Source: a virus
Lineage: Duplodnaviria; Caudoviricetes
Direction: 5' to 3' (one strand)
IMG/VR virus record: IMGVR_UViG_3300032053_000004
Location: 64,001 to 128,000 of that record
Length of the DNA stretch: 64,000 nucleotides
The position numbers and the translations under genes are program-made. Below, in pieces: positions 38,029 to 46,532 of this stretch; positions within the stretch are counted from its first letter, which is position 1; each line of letters opens with the position of its first letter. A model generated the notes under the pieces. The model was not told the DNA's origin and ran no database searches. It was given only the letters and a program-made list of their open reading frames with translations.

Positions 38029-39552
38029 ATGGCCTGGAAAAAGACCGCTAAAGCTATAGTTACTCATAATAATATTCAGTTTGATGAGTGGATGGATGAA
38101 CTCCGTCGTAATAACGAGGGGGCCGTACCTGAATCTCAAATAACTCGAGTAGCTAAAACAGTTTTACGTAAGGCTGACCCGAAGCAGTTTCTTTTAAGTC
38201 ATGCGACTATAGTCGCATCAGTTGATACTTTTACTCCGAAAAATGCTAAGACTGGGCGTCAAATGGCCCAGGGAATCCAAATTGATGTCAGATATCCGAA
38301 TTTCCGGATCAATAAAGAATGTCAAGAATTAATCAATAATAATGGAGATGCCTGGGATCGTTCTTTGCTTCTTTCTACGTATCGAACCTTCATAGGTGCT
38401 CAAAATTATTTAGAGCATATACAAGTTCCAGAGCTCTCAAAGGGATTTATTGTTGACGCTATTGCCCGTGATTTAGGTCATACTTGCTATATAGATATAT
38501 TAGTCGCTACTGATAGGAAACATCAAAAATTAGTTAATGATATTTTATCTGGGGATATTTCTGGTCTTTCAATGGGTTGTGTCTCTCTTTTTACTATTTG
38601 TACGAAATGTGGGAACGTAGCTGCTGACGACACTCAACTTTGTCCGTGTATTCAATATGAAGGAAAAGGAACCATTTTCAAAGATGAAAATGGGATGGAC
38701 AGTAAAATTGCTGAACTTGTCGGACATGTGAGTTCGCCAAATTCTAATCAATTTATTGAAGCTTCTTGGGTTCGTAACCCTGCCTTCCGTGGAGCTGTTC
38801 GTCGAAATATATTAAATCCCAACACGGATCAAATTGCGGCTAAACTTGATGTTGCTTCTCAAGTTTATGAAATACGTTCATCTCAACCATTACCTGACGG
38901 TTTGAAGAAAGCGGCTTCAGTTAGATTTGCAGAAGGGCAAGAAGATGATTCCGCCCAAGATGATTCCGCCCAAGATGATTCGGATTCTCAAGATCAATCT
39001 CAAGATCAGGGTGATGAATCATCAGACTCCGGGGCTGAATCTAAGATTGATGAACTTGTAAACAAAACTCAAGAGCTTTTGCTTGAGGGAATTGTTAAAT
39101 CCTTAACTGATAAACTCGGTCCAAAGCCGGAAGATGTCGGATTTGTACAAGCTCCTATTGATTTAACTAACGAAAACGACAATCTAGTCAGATCTTCAAT
39201 AGATTTTAATCGAAAGCTTCAGAAGGCTTTCCCGAAAAATGTTAAGTTGGTTAAATGGGCGACTCGAGCTTATAAAATTGTACATGAAGGTGGAGTAAAA
39301 TCCATTCGTGCAAACAAAATGAATCCACGTGATTTAGTCGCACTTTCTTGGATTGAAGACCGAATAAACAATAAAGTTTATAGTCCAATTTTATATAAAG
39401 CAGTCATGTCTGCCGGGCCGATCATCAAGTATCCAAGCCCAAAATCTTATTTGGCAGCTTGCAGAGTTAGGATTGGAAGAAACGTCTCTAATAAAGAGTC
39501 TAAGTTTCTTATTTGGAAGGGGAAAATTGCGTCTTTTGCAATTTCCAATTGA
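38029..39552 (+). CDS. prohead (capsid maturation) serine protease with C-terminal extension
   Basis: NYLEH, LSMGC and FIEASWVRNPAF resemble HK97/U35-type protease motifs; directly upstream of scaffold and MCP. Confidence 0.8.
   Translation: MAWKKTAKAIVTHNNIQFDEWMDELRRNNEGAVPESQITRVAKTVLRKADPKQFLLSHATIVASVDTFTPKNAKTGRQMAQGIQIDVRYPNFRINKECQELINNNGDAWDRSLLLSTYRTFIGAQNYLEHIQVPELSKGFIVDAIARDLGHTCYIDILVATDRKHQKLVNDILSGDISGLSMGCVSLFTICTKCGNVAADDTQLCPCIQYEGKGTIFKDENGMDSKIAELVGHVSSPNSNQFIEASWVRNPAFRGAVRRNILNPNTDQIAAKLDVASQVYEIRSSQPLPDGLKKAASVRFAEGQEDDSAQDDSAQDDSDSQDQSQDQGDESSDSGAESKIDELVNKTQELLLEGIVKSLTDKLGPKPEDVGFVQAPIDLTNENDNLVRSSIDFNRKLQKAFPKNVKLVKWATRAYKIVHEGGVKSIRANKMNPRDLVALSWIEDRINNKVYSPILYKAVMSAGPIIKYPSPKSYLAACRVRIGRNVSNKESKFLIWKGKIASFAISN
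38942..38981 (+). repeat. 15-nt tandem repeat (QDDSA)
   Basis: AAGATGATTCCGCCC x2 plus a partial third copy. Confidence 0.9.
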
Positions 39553-39672
39553 TGGACTTTTCATGATGAAATTTGATAAGCAGCGGTTTCTGACAATTTC
39601 GAAATTATCAGGCAAAACCGTGAATAGTTTTAAGACATTGATAAACTCGGTCTCTCAGGAGGCGAACTGAAC

Positions 39673-40911
39673 ATGCGCCAGCGTTCAACTTGGATCCGAT
39701 CAGCAAATGCACTACCCACTGCCCCGAAAGGGAAAGGGCGTCGTGCGGATATCTACAATATGAACCAGGAGCATCCACAGCCGTCTCCTGTTGAATACGA
39801 GAACGGAAGTCCGGACTCATGGGCAGAATCTCTTGCTCCGTATTCTCATATTGAAAAAGAATACGAAGGCGGCCATGTTAAGCGTAATGAGCTTAACTTT
39901 GCTGAATTCCGCGATGATACGTGGGATCACAAAGATGCCGATAAGTGGAACGGCAAAGGCAAGTACGATAACCATCGTAGTGCTTCCGAGCGTAAGGCTC
40001 AGGCTTGTGAGAAATTGGCGCGTGGTCTTCTTAAGACTGCCAATCCTAAGCTGATTGAAGATCAGGCTCTTGATTTCATGTGCCTTCCTCCTAACGTTGT
40101 AACGGCGACGATCAAGCGGATTCAGGAGACTTCTCCTGCAGCGCTTGCCCCCGCGAATCGTTACAATCGTGCATTGGCTTGCACTAAGCTTTCAGCTAAG
40201 ATGCTCGGAGACGAAGCTCCGGAGAATCTCGTTGAGAAGCTTGCCACGTTGTTCATGAATATTGATGACCCGACTCTGAAGTCCATGGTTCGGGTTGTTG
40301 CCTCGGTTCGTTTTGCTGAGCAGGATGAACAAGAGGAGCAACAGGAGCAACAGGGCCAGCAGGAGCAGCAGGGCCAGGATGAAGAGCAGCAGCAGGAGCA
40401 ACAGGGCCAGCAGGAGCAACAGGGCCAGCAGGAGCAACAGGGCCAGGATGAAGAGCAAGAGGAACAGCAAGAACAGCAAGCGCAAAATGAAGAATGCGCT
40501 ACTGGTTTGACGTCTGAAGAGATGTCCATGCTGGACCAAATGCTCAACCCGGGAATGGGTCAAGAAGCTCCGGGAATGGGTCAAGAAGCTCCGGGAGCTG
40601 AAGTTTCTCCACCGGCCATGCCAGCGATGGCCAGCGATTTCTCCATCTCCTTTGACGGAGATGATGACGGCTCAGAAGGTCTCCCTCATATATCGTCACT
40701 TGACGTTTTGTTCAATGACGATCCTGAGGTCCAGGCTCAACGTGAAATCGTTGCCGCTTCTCAGGAGCAACGGGCTCGTGAGCAAGGTGGATACTCGATC
40801 AGTCGTACTGCCTCTGCTAAGGGCGCAAAAAAGCTTGGTCAAGTCACTAAGCCCAAGGCCTCGAGCATTGATACGGCGCTCGAGAATCTCTGGGAGCGCC
40901 CAGGCGCGTGA
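39673..40911 (+). CDS. scaffolding protein (putative)
   Basis: Lies between protease and MCP; helical with a Q/E low-complexity tract; SD GGAGG. Confidence 0.7.
   Translation: MRQRSTWIRSANALPTAPKGKGRRADIYNMNQEHPQPSPVEYENGSPDSWAESLAPYSHIEKEYEGGHVKRNELNFAEFRDDTWDHKDADKWNGKGKYDNHRSASERKAQACEKLARGLLKTANPKLIEDQALDFMCLPPNVVTATIKRIQETSPAALAPANRYNRALACTKLSAKMLGDEAPENLVEKLATLFMNIDDPTLKSMVRVVASVRFAEQDEQEEQQEQQGQQEQQGQDEEQQQEQQGQQEQQGQQEQQGQDEEQEEQQEQQAQNEECATGLTSEEMSMLDQMLNPGMGQEAPGMGQEAPGAEVSPPAMPAMASDFSISFDGDDDGSEGLPHISSLDVLFNDDPEVQAQREIVAASQEQRAREQGGYSISRTASAKGAKKLGQVTKPKASSIDTALENLWERPGA
40318..40488 (+). repeat. Gln/Glu-rich tandem coding repeat (EQQGQQ)n
   Basis: Repeated GGAGCAACAGGGCCAGCA-type units. 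Confidence 0.9.
40549..40596 (+). repeat. 21-nt tandem repeat (PGMGQEA)
   Basis: CCGGGAATGGGTCAAGAAGCT x2 plus CCGGGA. Confidence 0.9.
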
Positions 40912-40915
40912 AATT

Positions 40916-40960
40916 CTGGTCTGTCCTTCATGATCCGAAAGGAAGTGAAGGACAGACTGG
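40916..40960 (+). other. long RNA hairpin just after the scaffold stop
   Basis: GTCTGTCCTTCA (40919-30) pairs with TGAAGGACAGAC (40946-57); internal loop and TCC-GAAA-GGA cap; no U-tract. Confidence 0.7.
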
Positions 40961-41129
40961 CGAGATTGAATACTCAAACGTAGATAATTCTAACAGCGAC
41001 GGAGGTCTTAGCGGGATAACTGGAAGGTTCAGAAGAAATAATAGAATTCGCAACTAGGTTGGACTGAATTCGTTGTTTTGGAAGAATTGAAAGTATGTTC
41101 TAGCTTGGACCGAAGGAGACTGGGTTAAA

Positions 41130-41798
41130 ATGGGAACGATTGGTGGACAGGCATCGGGCGATTTTCGCCTCTCAACAAGTGCCCTGCGTATTCTGTATTC
41201 GCTCATAAAGGACTCAATTGAAGTTCTTGCGACGGATGCGTTTACTCAGGCAAACCCGTCTGTGGTGATCACGCCTTCAGCTCGTTCGACGACGCTTCCT
41301 GCTAACGTAAAGCGGGGCGTTCTCGGTGGGTCGATTGCGTTTGTTCGCCCAGACATTGGCTCGAACACCGTTGGTGGTGCGGCCGTTACGGGTGGTGGTG
41401 CATTCTTTGCACGTACTCGCCCTCTCGGTCTGTTCATCAACGATTCTCTGGGTAATGCCTATGAGAATACACCAGGCGTGGCATCCGGTAAGGGTCCATT
41501 CCTTCGCGGTGGCTCGATTGGATTGAAGGTCTATGAGACCCAGGTCCAGACGACTGTCGGTGGCGGCGTTGTTGGTACGGCGTTAGTTTATAACGTCGGT
41601 GATATCCTTTACGCTAGCGTAAATGGATTTGCCACCAATCGCTGGCAGGACTCATACGAGACGCAATGGATTACCGTTGCGACAACTGGTTCTGGCGCGG
41701 CTGGCGCGGCCATTGAGCCGGACGTAACTCGTGTTGGTGTTGTCATTTCGCCCCCGGATGCTAACAGCACCGAAATTTTCATAGCTCTCTATCTCTAA
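41130..41798 (+). CDS. putative head decoration/cement protein
   Basis: 222 aa, G/A/V/T-rich, immediately upstream of MCP; SD GAAGGAG. Confidence 0.55.
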   Translation: MGTIGGQASGDFRLSTSALRILYSLIKDSIEVLATDAFTQANPSVVITPSARSTTLPANVKRGVLGGSIAFVRPDIGSNTVGGAAVTGGGAFFARTRPLGLFINDSLGNAYENTPGVASGKGPFLRGGSIGLKVYETQVQTTVGGGVVGTALVYNVGDILYASVNGFATNRWQDSYETQWITVATTGSGAAGAAIEPDVTRVGVVISPPDANSTEIFIALYL

Positions 41799-41823
41799 TA
41801 GATAGAAGGAGAAAGCATACCAA

Positions 41824-42708
41824 ATGTTCGGCGTTCAAGCAGTTGATAACTCCGTTAAGGAGTCAGTCGTTGACAAATTCATTGGTAGCCCGTCAGGACG
41901 TAAGCGTCTTGCGGCTTCCATGGTCCAGCCGCTCCGTGAGCGGAGGGACTACTCGTCCGTTGGCCGTAAGACCTTTTTGGTTGAACAGCTTCCGGATGGC
42001 GCTCTCCCGATTTACGATAAGGACCCCGATGTGGTCGCTTACGTGATCGGTGAGGAAGGCGAGTCGATCACCGCCGTGGCTAAGCCACGCCGTGTGATTT
42101 TCCCGCTTTTCGAGATCGCGGCCCTCCCCAAGGCCCCACTTACGCAGGTTAAGGAGCGTCGCTACGACCTTCTCAAGCGTATGCAGGATCTTGGTAAGGC
42201 TCAGATCCAGGCCGCAGAAGACGATCGAGTTTTCTCGATTCTCGATGCGATCGCGGTTAACGGATTCGACTCGCTTCCGGGCGGGACGAACCCGGATATC
42301 CCGGTTGTGGCTCCGCTCTCGCCGGCCGTCCTCGCGGACGCGTACGCCGAGATCGAGCGTCACGATCTCCGGGTGGCCCGCGTTTACCTGAACGCTACGG
42401 ATTATGCTGATATCCGTAAGTTCGGTCGCGACGTCCTGGACATTGAGTCCCAGGCGTCCCTCTGGAAGACCGGTATGATGGCAACTGGGTGGAACGCCCA
42501 GTTCATCGTGTCGCGTCTCGTTCCCGCAGGTGTCGTGTATTGTTGCTGCGAGCCCGAGAACTTCGGTCGAATCCCGGTCCGTACGGAGCTTACGGTTCTC
42601 TCGGCGGACAATCCCGAAGACCGGACAATCGGATTCTCGATGTTTGAGAACCTTGGGATTGGAGCATTCAATCCCCGCGGTCTCGTTCGTCTGATCATCA
42701 CCCGCTGA
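41824..42708 (+). CDS. major capsid protein (HK97-fold presumed)
   Basis: 294 aa after protease, scaffold and decoration genes; strong SD; strongly biased codons; followed by a terminator; C-terminal GIGAFNPRGLVRL. Confidence 0.85.
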   Translation: MFGVQAVDNSVKESVVDKFIGSPSGRKRLAASMVQPLRERRDYSSVGRKTFLVEQLPDGALPIYDKDPDVVAYVIGEEGESITAVAKPRRVIFPLFEIAALPKAPLTQVKERRYDLLKRMQDLGKAQIQAAEDDRVFSILDAIAVNGFDSLPGGTNPDIPVVAPLSPAVLADAYAEIERHDLRVARVYLNATDYADIRKFGRDVLDIESQASLWKTGMMATGWNAQFIVSRLVPAGVVYCCCEPENFGRIPVRTELTVLSADNPEDRTIGFSMFENLGIGAFNPRGLVRLIITR

Positions 42709-42712
42709 AGAT

Positions 42713-42779
42713 GAGCCCGAAAGGGCTCTCTCAACTAAGCCCCGGCGGACTTTAGTTCACCGGGGCTTAGTTGTATTTT
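42713..42779 (+). terminator. tandem hairpins / rho-independent terminator after MCP
   Basis: GAGCCC-GAAA-GGGCTC (42713-28), then a perfect 13-bp stem AACTAAGCCCCGG/CCGGGGCTTAGTT (42733-72) followed by GTATTTT. Confidence 0.85.
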
Positions 42780-42786
42780 ATATTAA

Positions 42787-42945
42787 ATGGAATGTGATTA
42801 TATTATAAATATAGATCCTGGTCCGACCGAACCAGGATCTAATGGAGAAAAGAGAAATTTTATCATAAATAGATGCACATTAAAGGCAGCTTTTTTCTTT
42901 ATCATGGAACAACAGTTAATCATGAGATGTCAACGACGACTCTAA
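42787..42945 (+). CDS. possible 52-aa ORF
   Basis: ATG 42787 to TAA 42945 with G-TATTTT 7 nt upstream; contains an 11-bp inverted repeat (42812-42841); below the ORF-track cutoff. Confidence 0.25.
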   Translation: MECDYIINIDPGPTEPGSNGEKRNFIINRCTLKAAFFFIMEQQLIMRCQRRL

Positions 42946-43036
42946 AGAAGTAGTTATTTATATTAGAGGGAAAAAAGCCATACTTATTTCTGAAGAAGAG
43001 GCCAAAACTTTTGAAGTTCTCAGTGTATAGTGTAGT

Positions 43037-43348
43037 ATGAGATCGATTTTAATTGAAGATGGTGATATATTTATAATTCTTAAAAAACGGAAGGAATCTA
43101 TGGTTCCTACCATTAAAATTGAAAATGAGTCAGGACTCTTAGGGATGATCTCCAAGTTTTCTTTTGAGATTTCTGCAGATAAATTTGTTCCTAAGATTGA
43201 GGTTGATGTTTGTTCAGATCTCACAGAAGAAGCTTGGAAAAATCTGTCTGAGTCTTCTAAAGAAGTTATATTCAAGACGGTCGGTGCCTTCTTCAATTTT
43301 ACCGGGGTAAAGATTTTGTCTCCGAACTACAAAGAAGAAATTAAATGA
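43037..43348 (+). CDS. hypothetical protein
   Basis: 103 aa; G-TATAGT 5 nt before the ATG. Confidence 0.7.
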   Translation: MRSILIEDGDIFIILKKRKESMVPTIKIENESGLLGMISKFSFEISADKFVPKIEVDVCSDLTEEAWKNLSESSKEVIFKTVGAFFNFTGVKILSPNYKEEIK

Positions 43349-43899
43349 AATTAAAAAGTTTTTCCGGACTGACCCGTAGAAGTGCATATGAGAAATATGA
43401 GTCAGACCAAAGTTTAGCAACGGAAGAAATTCCCACTCCTGAAGATTTGTCTGAAGAACAAAAAGATATATATCGTCAAATATATGCATCGTCAAATAAT
43501 CGGAACTTAGGATTCACAGAATCCATGGCAGATGTTATTTCTCGAAGTCCTGAATTATATAAACAATTTCTGGAAAAACATCGACATTTTACCATTAATA
43601 CCATCGGGTGCTTATTAGCCAACAATCCGAATCTTCAATCTCTTTCCCATGATGTTTTGATACAAGTTCTCTCCCTCCCTGGGGATGAGATCAGTTCTAT
43701 TTCTCAAATTTCTCACTGTTTACAGAGTTCTAATTACAAATTAACCCGAGAAGATGTCCCGGAACTTTTAGACATTGCTCATACAACAGAAGTTATAGGT
43801 AAAGAAACCATCATAGATGATTTGGAAAATCCCCAAGCATCGCAAGCATCAAACCCTGGATATTCTTCTCAACCTTTCCCAATGCAACCTCTTCGTTAA
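43345..43899 (+). CDS. hypothetical protein
   Basis: 184 aa; ATGA-type coupling to the upstream gene. Confidence 0.75.
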   Translation: MKLKSFSGLTRRSAYEKYESDQSLATEEIPTPEDLSEEQKDIYRQIYASSNNRNLGFTESMADVISRSPELYKQFLEKHRHFTINTIGCLLANNPNLQSLSHDVLIQVLSLPGDEISSISQISHCLQSSNYKLTREDVPELLDIAHTTEVIGKETIIDDLENPQASQASNPGYSSQPFPMQPLR

Positions 43900-43922
43900 C
43901 TCTTTCATGCTGTTTTAAATAT

Positions 43923-45092
43923 GTGAACTTTTTTGACATCGCTCGAAAAATATTTTCAGCCGATCCCGAGAAGAAAAAGGGGCCGGGACCGGCAGCCGCA
44001 AAAACTCTTCTTAAAGAATTAATATCAGATCATTTAGACAAATTGGAGGAAGAACATCTGAAATCATCGGATGTTGAACCTCGGACTATTTCTCAACTCG
44101 AGCTCAATTTTCTTCTTAAAAAAATTAGAACTTCTCCTTATTACAGCATACTTTTTAAAGGTGATGACGAAAGATCTCATAAATTTGTTCAGGAATTTTT
44201 ATATGATTTAAATAAAGAAGACTTAAGGAAATCAAGGAAAAATAAAGAAAACTCAAGGAAAAAGGATCAGTGGATCATGGATTATTCAAGAGATCCGATT
44301 AAGCGTGCAAACGTTGCTTCTCTCATAAAACAGATCGCTTTTAAAATATCAAGCGATAGAACTCTTTCGAATTCTGTTCGAGATGCTTTCGTTTTTGACG
44401 CTGCCCAGGTAGTACCCGGGGAGCTTTCTAATGGCTTGTATGACACAAATCCTGCAGGAAAAGGATTTGACGTTCATGGTAAAAAAGGATTCGTATCTTT
44501 TGCTATAAAAGCAGACTCTTTTTCATCAAACTATTTAATAGGAGGGATTCTATTTAAATTAGAATATGACTCTAGCTTATATAAATCAGAATCTGATGAC
44601 TCTGGAAAATATCCCACTGGGCTCAAACATTCAAAGGGTTTGCAGACTGTCACATTTAGTACAAAAGCTGGATACTATAATAAACTTTTAGAAGGTGGTT
44701 ATTCTTCTCCTAAAGATTTAGGTGGATATATAATTGATCTTGATGATCAAGAAAATATAATCGATTCAATTATTGTTGATCCAGCTAAGTTTAAAGCTGG
44801 TGTTAATGGAATAGTAAATGATGTTCTTTCAAATCCTCCTCCCAGCTCTCAGTCTACTAAATATAAAGGTGTTGTTTTAAAAAAACAACAACAACAAATA
44901 GCACCGACAACTAGTGCAAGAGCACTCTTGCAGTGGATTGTAGGTCAAAAACAAACTGAAGTATTTGGTAGTCAAATAAATAATCTTGCTCAAGCTTTAT
45001 CTGCAGGGTCTGGATCTTCATTTGCAACAGAACACCAAAAAGTAACTGACTATTTCAAAAATCGTAATTGGGTGATAAATCATAATAAATGA
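43923..45092 (+). CDS. putative internal virion/cargo protein
   Basis: 389 aa; N-terminus NFFDIARKIF and internal IKQIAFKIS motif. Confidence 0.75.
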   Translation: MNFFDIARKIFSADPEKKKGPGPAAAKTLLKELISDHLDKLEEEHLKSSDVEPRTISQLELNFLLKKIRTSPYYSILFKGDDERSHKFVQEFLYDLNKEDLRKSRKNKENSRKKDQWIMDYSRDPIKRANVASLIKQIAFKISSDRTLSNSVRDAFVFDAAQVVPGELSNGLYDTNPAGKGFDVHGKKGFVSFAIKADSFSSNYLIGGILFKLEYDSSLYKSESDDSGKYPTGLKHSKGLQTVTFSTKAGYYNKLLEGGYSSPKDLGGYIIDLDDQENIIDSIIVDPAKFKAGVNGIVNDVLSNPPPSSQSTKYKGVVLKKQQQQIAPTTSARALLQWIVGQKQTEVFGSQINNLAQALSAGSGSSFATEHQKVTDYFKNRNWVINHNK

Positions 45093-45355
45093 AAAATTAT
45101 TATGCGAAAGATGAGGGTTTGAATTGGGAAATGTCTCAGGCTTTGGCTGAGACATTTCTTAACGGTGCTAAGAAACTTCAGAATGCTGCAAAGCAAGAAG
45201 ATTCTCAAAAATTTTTGAGGATACTTATTATAATTTTTCAAGATTCTATTGATTTGTTTGAGCAAATGGGACTTAGTGGTGCTTCTTCTTCTATGAAGAC
45301 AGTTTTGAATAAACTTAAATCGGACAAAAGGGAAATATTAACTAAAGCTAAATAA
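45089..45355 (+). CDS. small helical hypothetical protein
   Basis: 88-aa coupled ORF. Confidence 0.65.
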   Translation: MKNYYAKDEGLNWEMSQALAETFLNGAKKLQNAAKQEDSQKFLRILIIIFQDSIDLFEQMGLSGASSSMKTVLNKLKSDKREILTKAK

Positions 45356-45369
45356 CTGTAATTTTTCGT

Positions 45370-45591
45370 ATGAAAAATGGAGATTATTTTCGTGTAATAA
45401 ACGAAAAATCTAAATATTTTAATTATTATGGAAAAATAATTCGTTCAGGCCCTCCGGGGCAAGCTAAATGTTTAGTTCAAAATAGAAATATGGATTTGAG
45501 TGACGATATAGGAGGTATGGTTAATTTTGATTTATCGGAACTTATCATAGCAAATGATGAAGTTGAAACTTATAAGCTCTTAAATAGTTAA
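45370..45591 (+). CDS. small KOW/SH3-like protein
   Basis: MKNGDYFRVI.....YFNYYGKII pattern; G-TAATTT 5 nt before the ATG. Confidence 0.55.
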   Translation: MKNGDYFRVINEKSKYFNYYGKIIRSGPPGQAKCLVQNRNMDLSDDIGGMVNFDLSELIIANDEVETYKLLNS

Positions 45592-45782
45592 TTAAGTTCT
45601 TCGGAGCCTTCAAATAATTCTTTTTCAGCTAAAAGCTCAACTTTATACCCATCAGCGGTGAATTCTGAAATTACCCAGTCCATTTTTGAAACATAATCAG
45701 GGATACTATCTATGTCTAGAATACGTTCTTGAATACGTTCTTTTCCTTCTTTCTTTATTCTGAGAGTTATTAAAATCTTCAC
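45588..45782 (-). CDS. small hypothetical protein
   Basis: 64 aa; G-TAAAGT 5 nt before the GTG. Confidence 0.65.
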   Translation of the reverse strand: MKILITLRIKKEGKERIQERILDIDSIPDYVSKMDWVISEFTADGYKVELLAEKELFEGSEELN

Positions 45783-45807
45783 CCGGTACTTTACTGTCTT
45801 TCGGTTT

Positions 45808-46152
45808 TTAAACCGAAAGAAGAGCCATCGTCGTTTCTTCGTCGGAGGCTCGTCGGAGCTTTTCTAAAATAACTTCTTCTGGACCATAAAAAAAGAATAC
45901 TTCTCGTCCAAATTTATGATAAAATATTTCTCGTCCTTCTGCCTTTTCTTGAAAATTCACGCCTCTTAAGAAAATATTGTAAGGGCTGCTCGTATCAGAT
46001 TCTTTTCTATATTTGTTGGCCCTGTCAGATAAAGTTGAGTCTGACAGTTTATATAATAATCTTTCCCCTATACTCTCGTCCGTAACATTTTTCCCAGCTA
46101 TGGAAGTTAGTCTTCGGAATTCTTTATCTATTGATTTCGACTGCTTTACCAT
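45808..46152 (-). CDS. hypothetical protein
   Basis: 114-aa ORF in the minus-strand block. Confidence 0.7.
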   Translation of the reverse strand: MVKQSKSIDKEFRRLTSIAGKNVTDESIGERLLYKLSDSTLSDRANKYRKESDTSSPYNIFLRGVNFQEKAEGREIFYHKFGREVFFFYGPEEVILEKLRRASDEETTMALLSV

Positions 46153-46190
46153 ATACTAATATACAATTTTCGATCTCTCATTTACAAAGA

Positions 46191-46514
46191 CTAAGAGTCA
46201 ACGACTTCTTCGCATAAAGCTTCATTCATCATTTTCTCAATTTCTTCTTTTTCCATTCCCGATTTAATTGCTGCTTTCATTGCTTCATTAAGGGCAAATT
46301 TTGGATTAATAAAATTTCCGAAATTTGTATTTCCAATAGTTATATGTTGCCCTCCAGGCATTCCATTATATGGGATAGTTTGTTGACCCATCGGATCTAT
46401 TATCCAAGTTCCGTTCATATTCGGATATATAGCGGTATCCCCAATAGTAATCGTTGTTTGAGAAATATTTGTTGATGTTTGAGGAATATACAAGTTGTGA
46501 TCACCTAATGACAT
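46191..46514 (-). CDS. hypothetical protein
   Basis: 107 aa; SD GGAGG. Confidence 0.7.
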   Translation of the reverse strand: MSLGDHNLYIPQTSTNISQTTITIGDTAIYPNMNGTWIIDPMGQQTIPYNGMPGGQHITIGNTNFGNFINPKFALNEAMKAAIKSGMEKEEIEKMMNEALCEEVVDS

Positions 46515-46532
46515 GTTGGCCTCCGTAAAACT

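Noticed and set aside
39593-39627. Imperfect inverted repeat CTGA-C-AATTTCGAAATT-A-TCAG before the scaffold gene
   Set aside because: AT-rich, single occurrence, no U-tract; cannot be assigned as operator or terminator
2058-42708. Inteins or introns in NrdJ, RecD2, DnaX, TerL, portal or MCP
   Set aside because: Motif spacing is continuous, lengths are ordinary, and no C/S...HN-C/S/T splice pattern with LAGLIDADG blocks was seen
39791-42734. Overlapping and antisense ORFs across scaffold and MCP (e.g. poly-Cys CCSCWP at 40161-40547)
   Set aside because: Shadow frames of the Q/E repeat and of GC-rich codons; no SD or independent motif
37019-43926. ATGTGA start-stop overlapping the GTG starts at 37021 and 43923
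   Set aside because: Only two cases, and they follow automatically from AT-GTG-A context; no evidence of regulation
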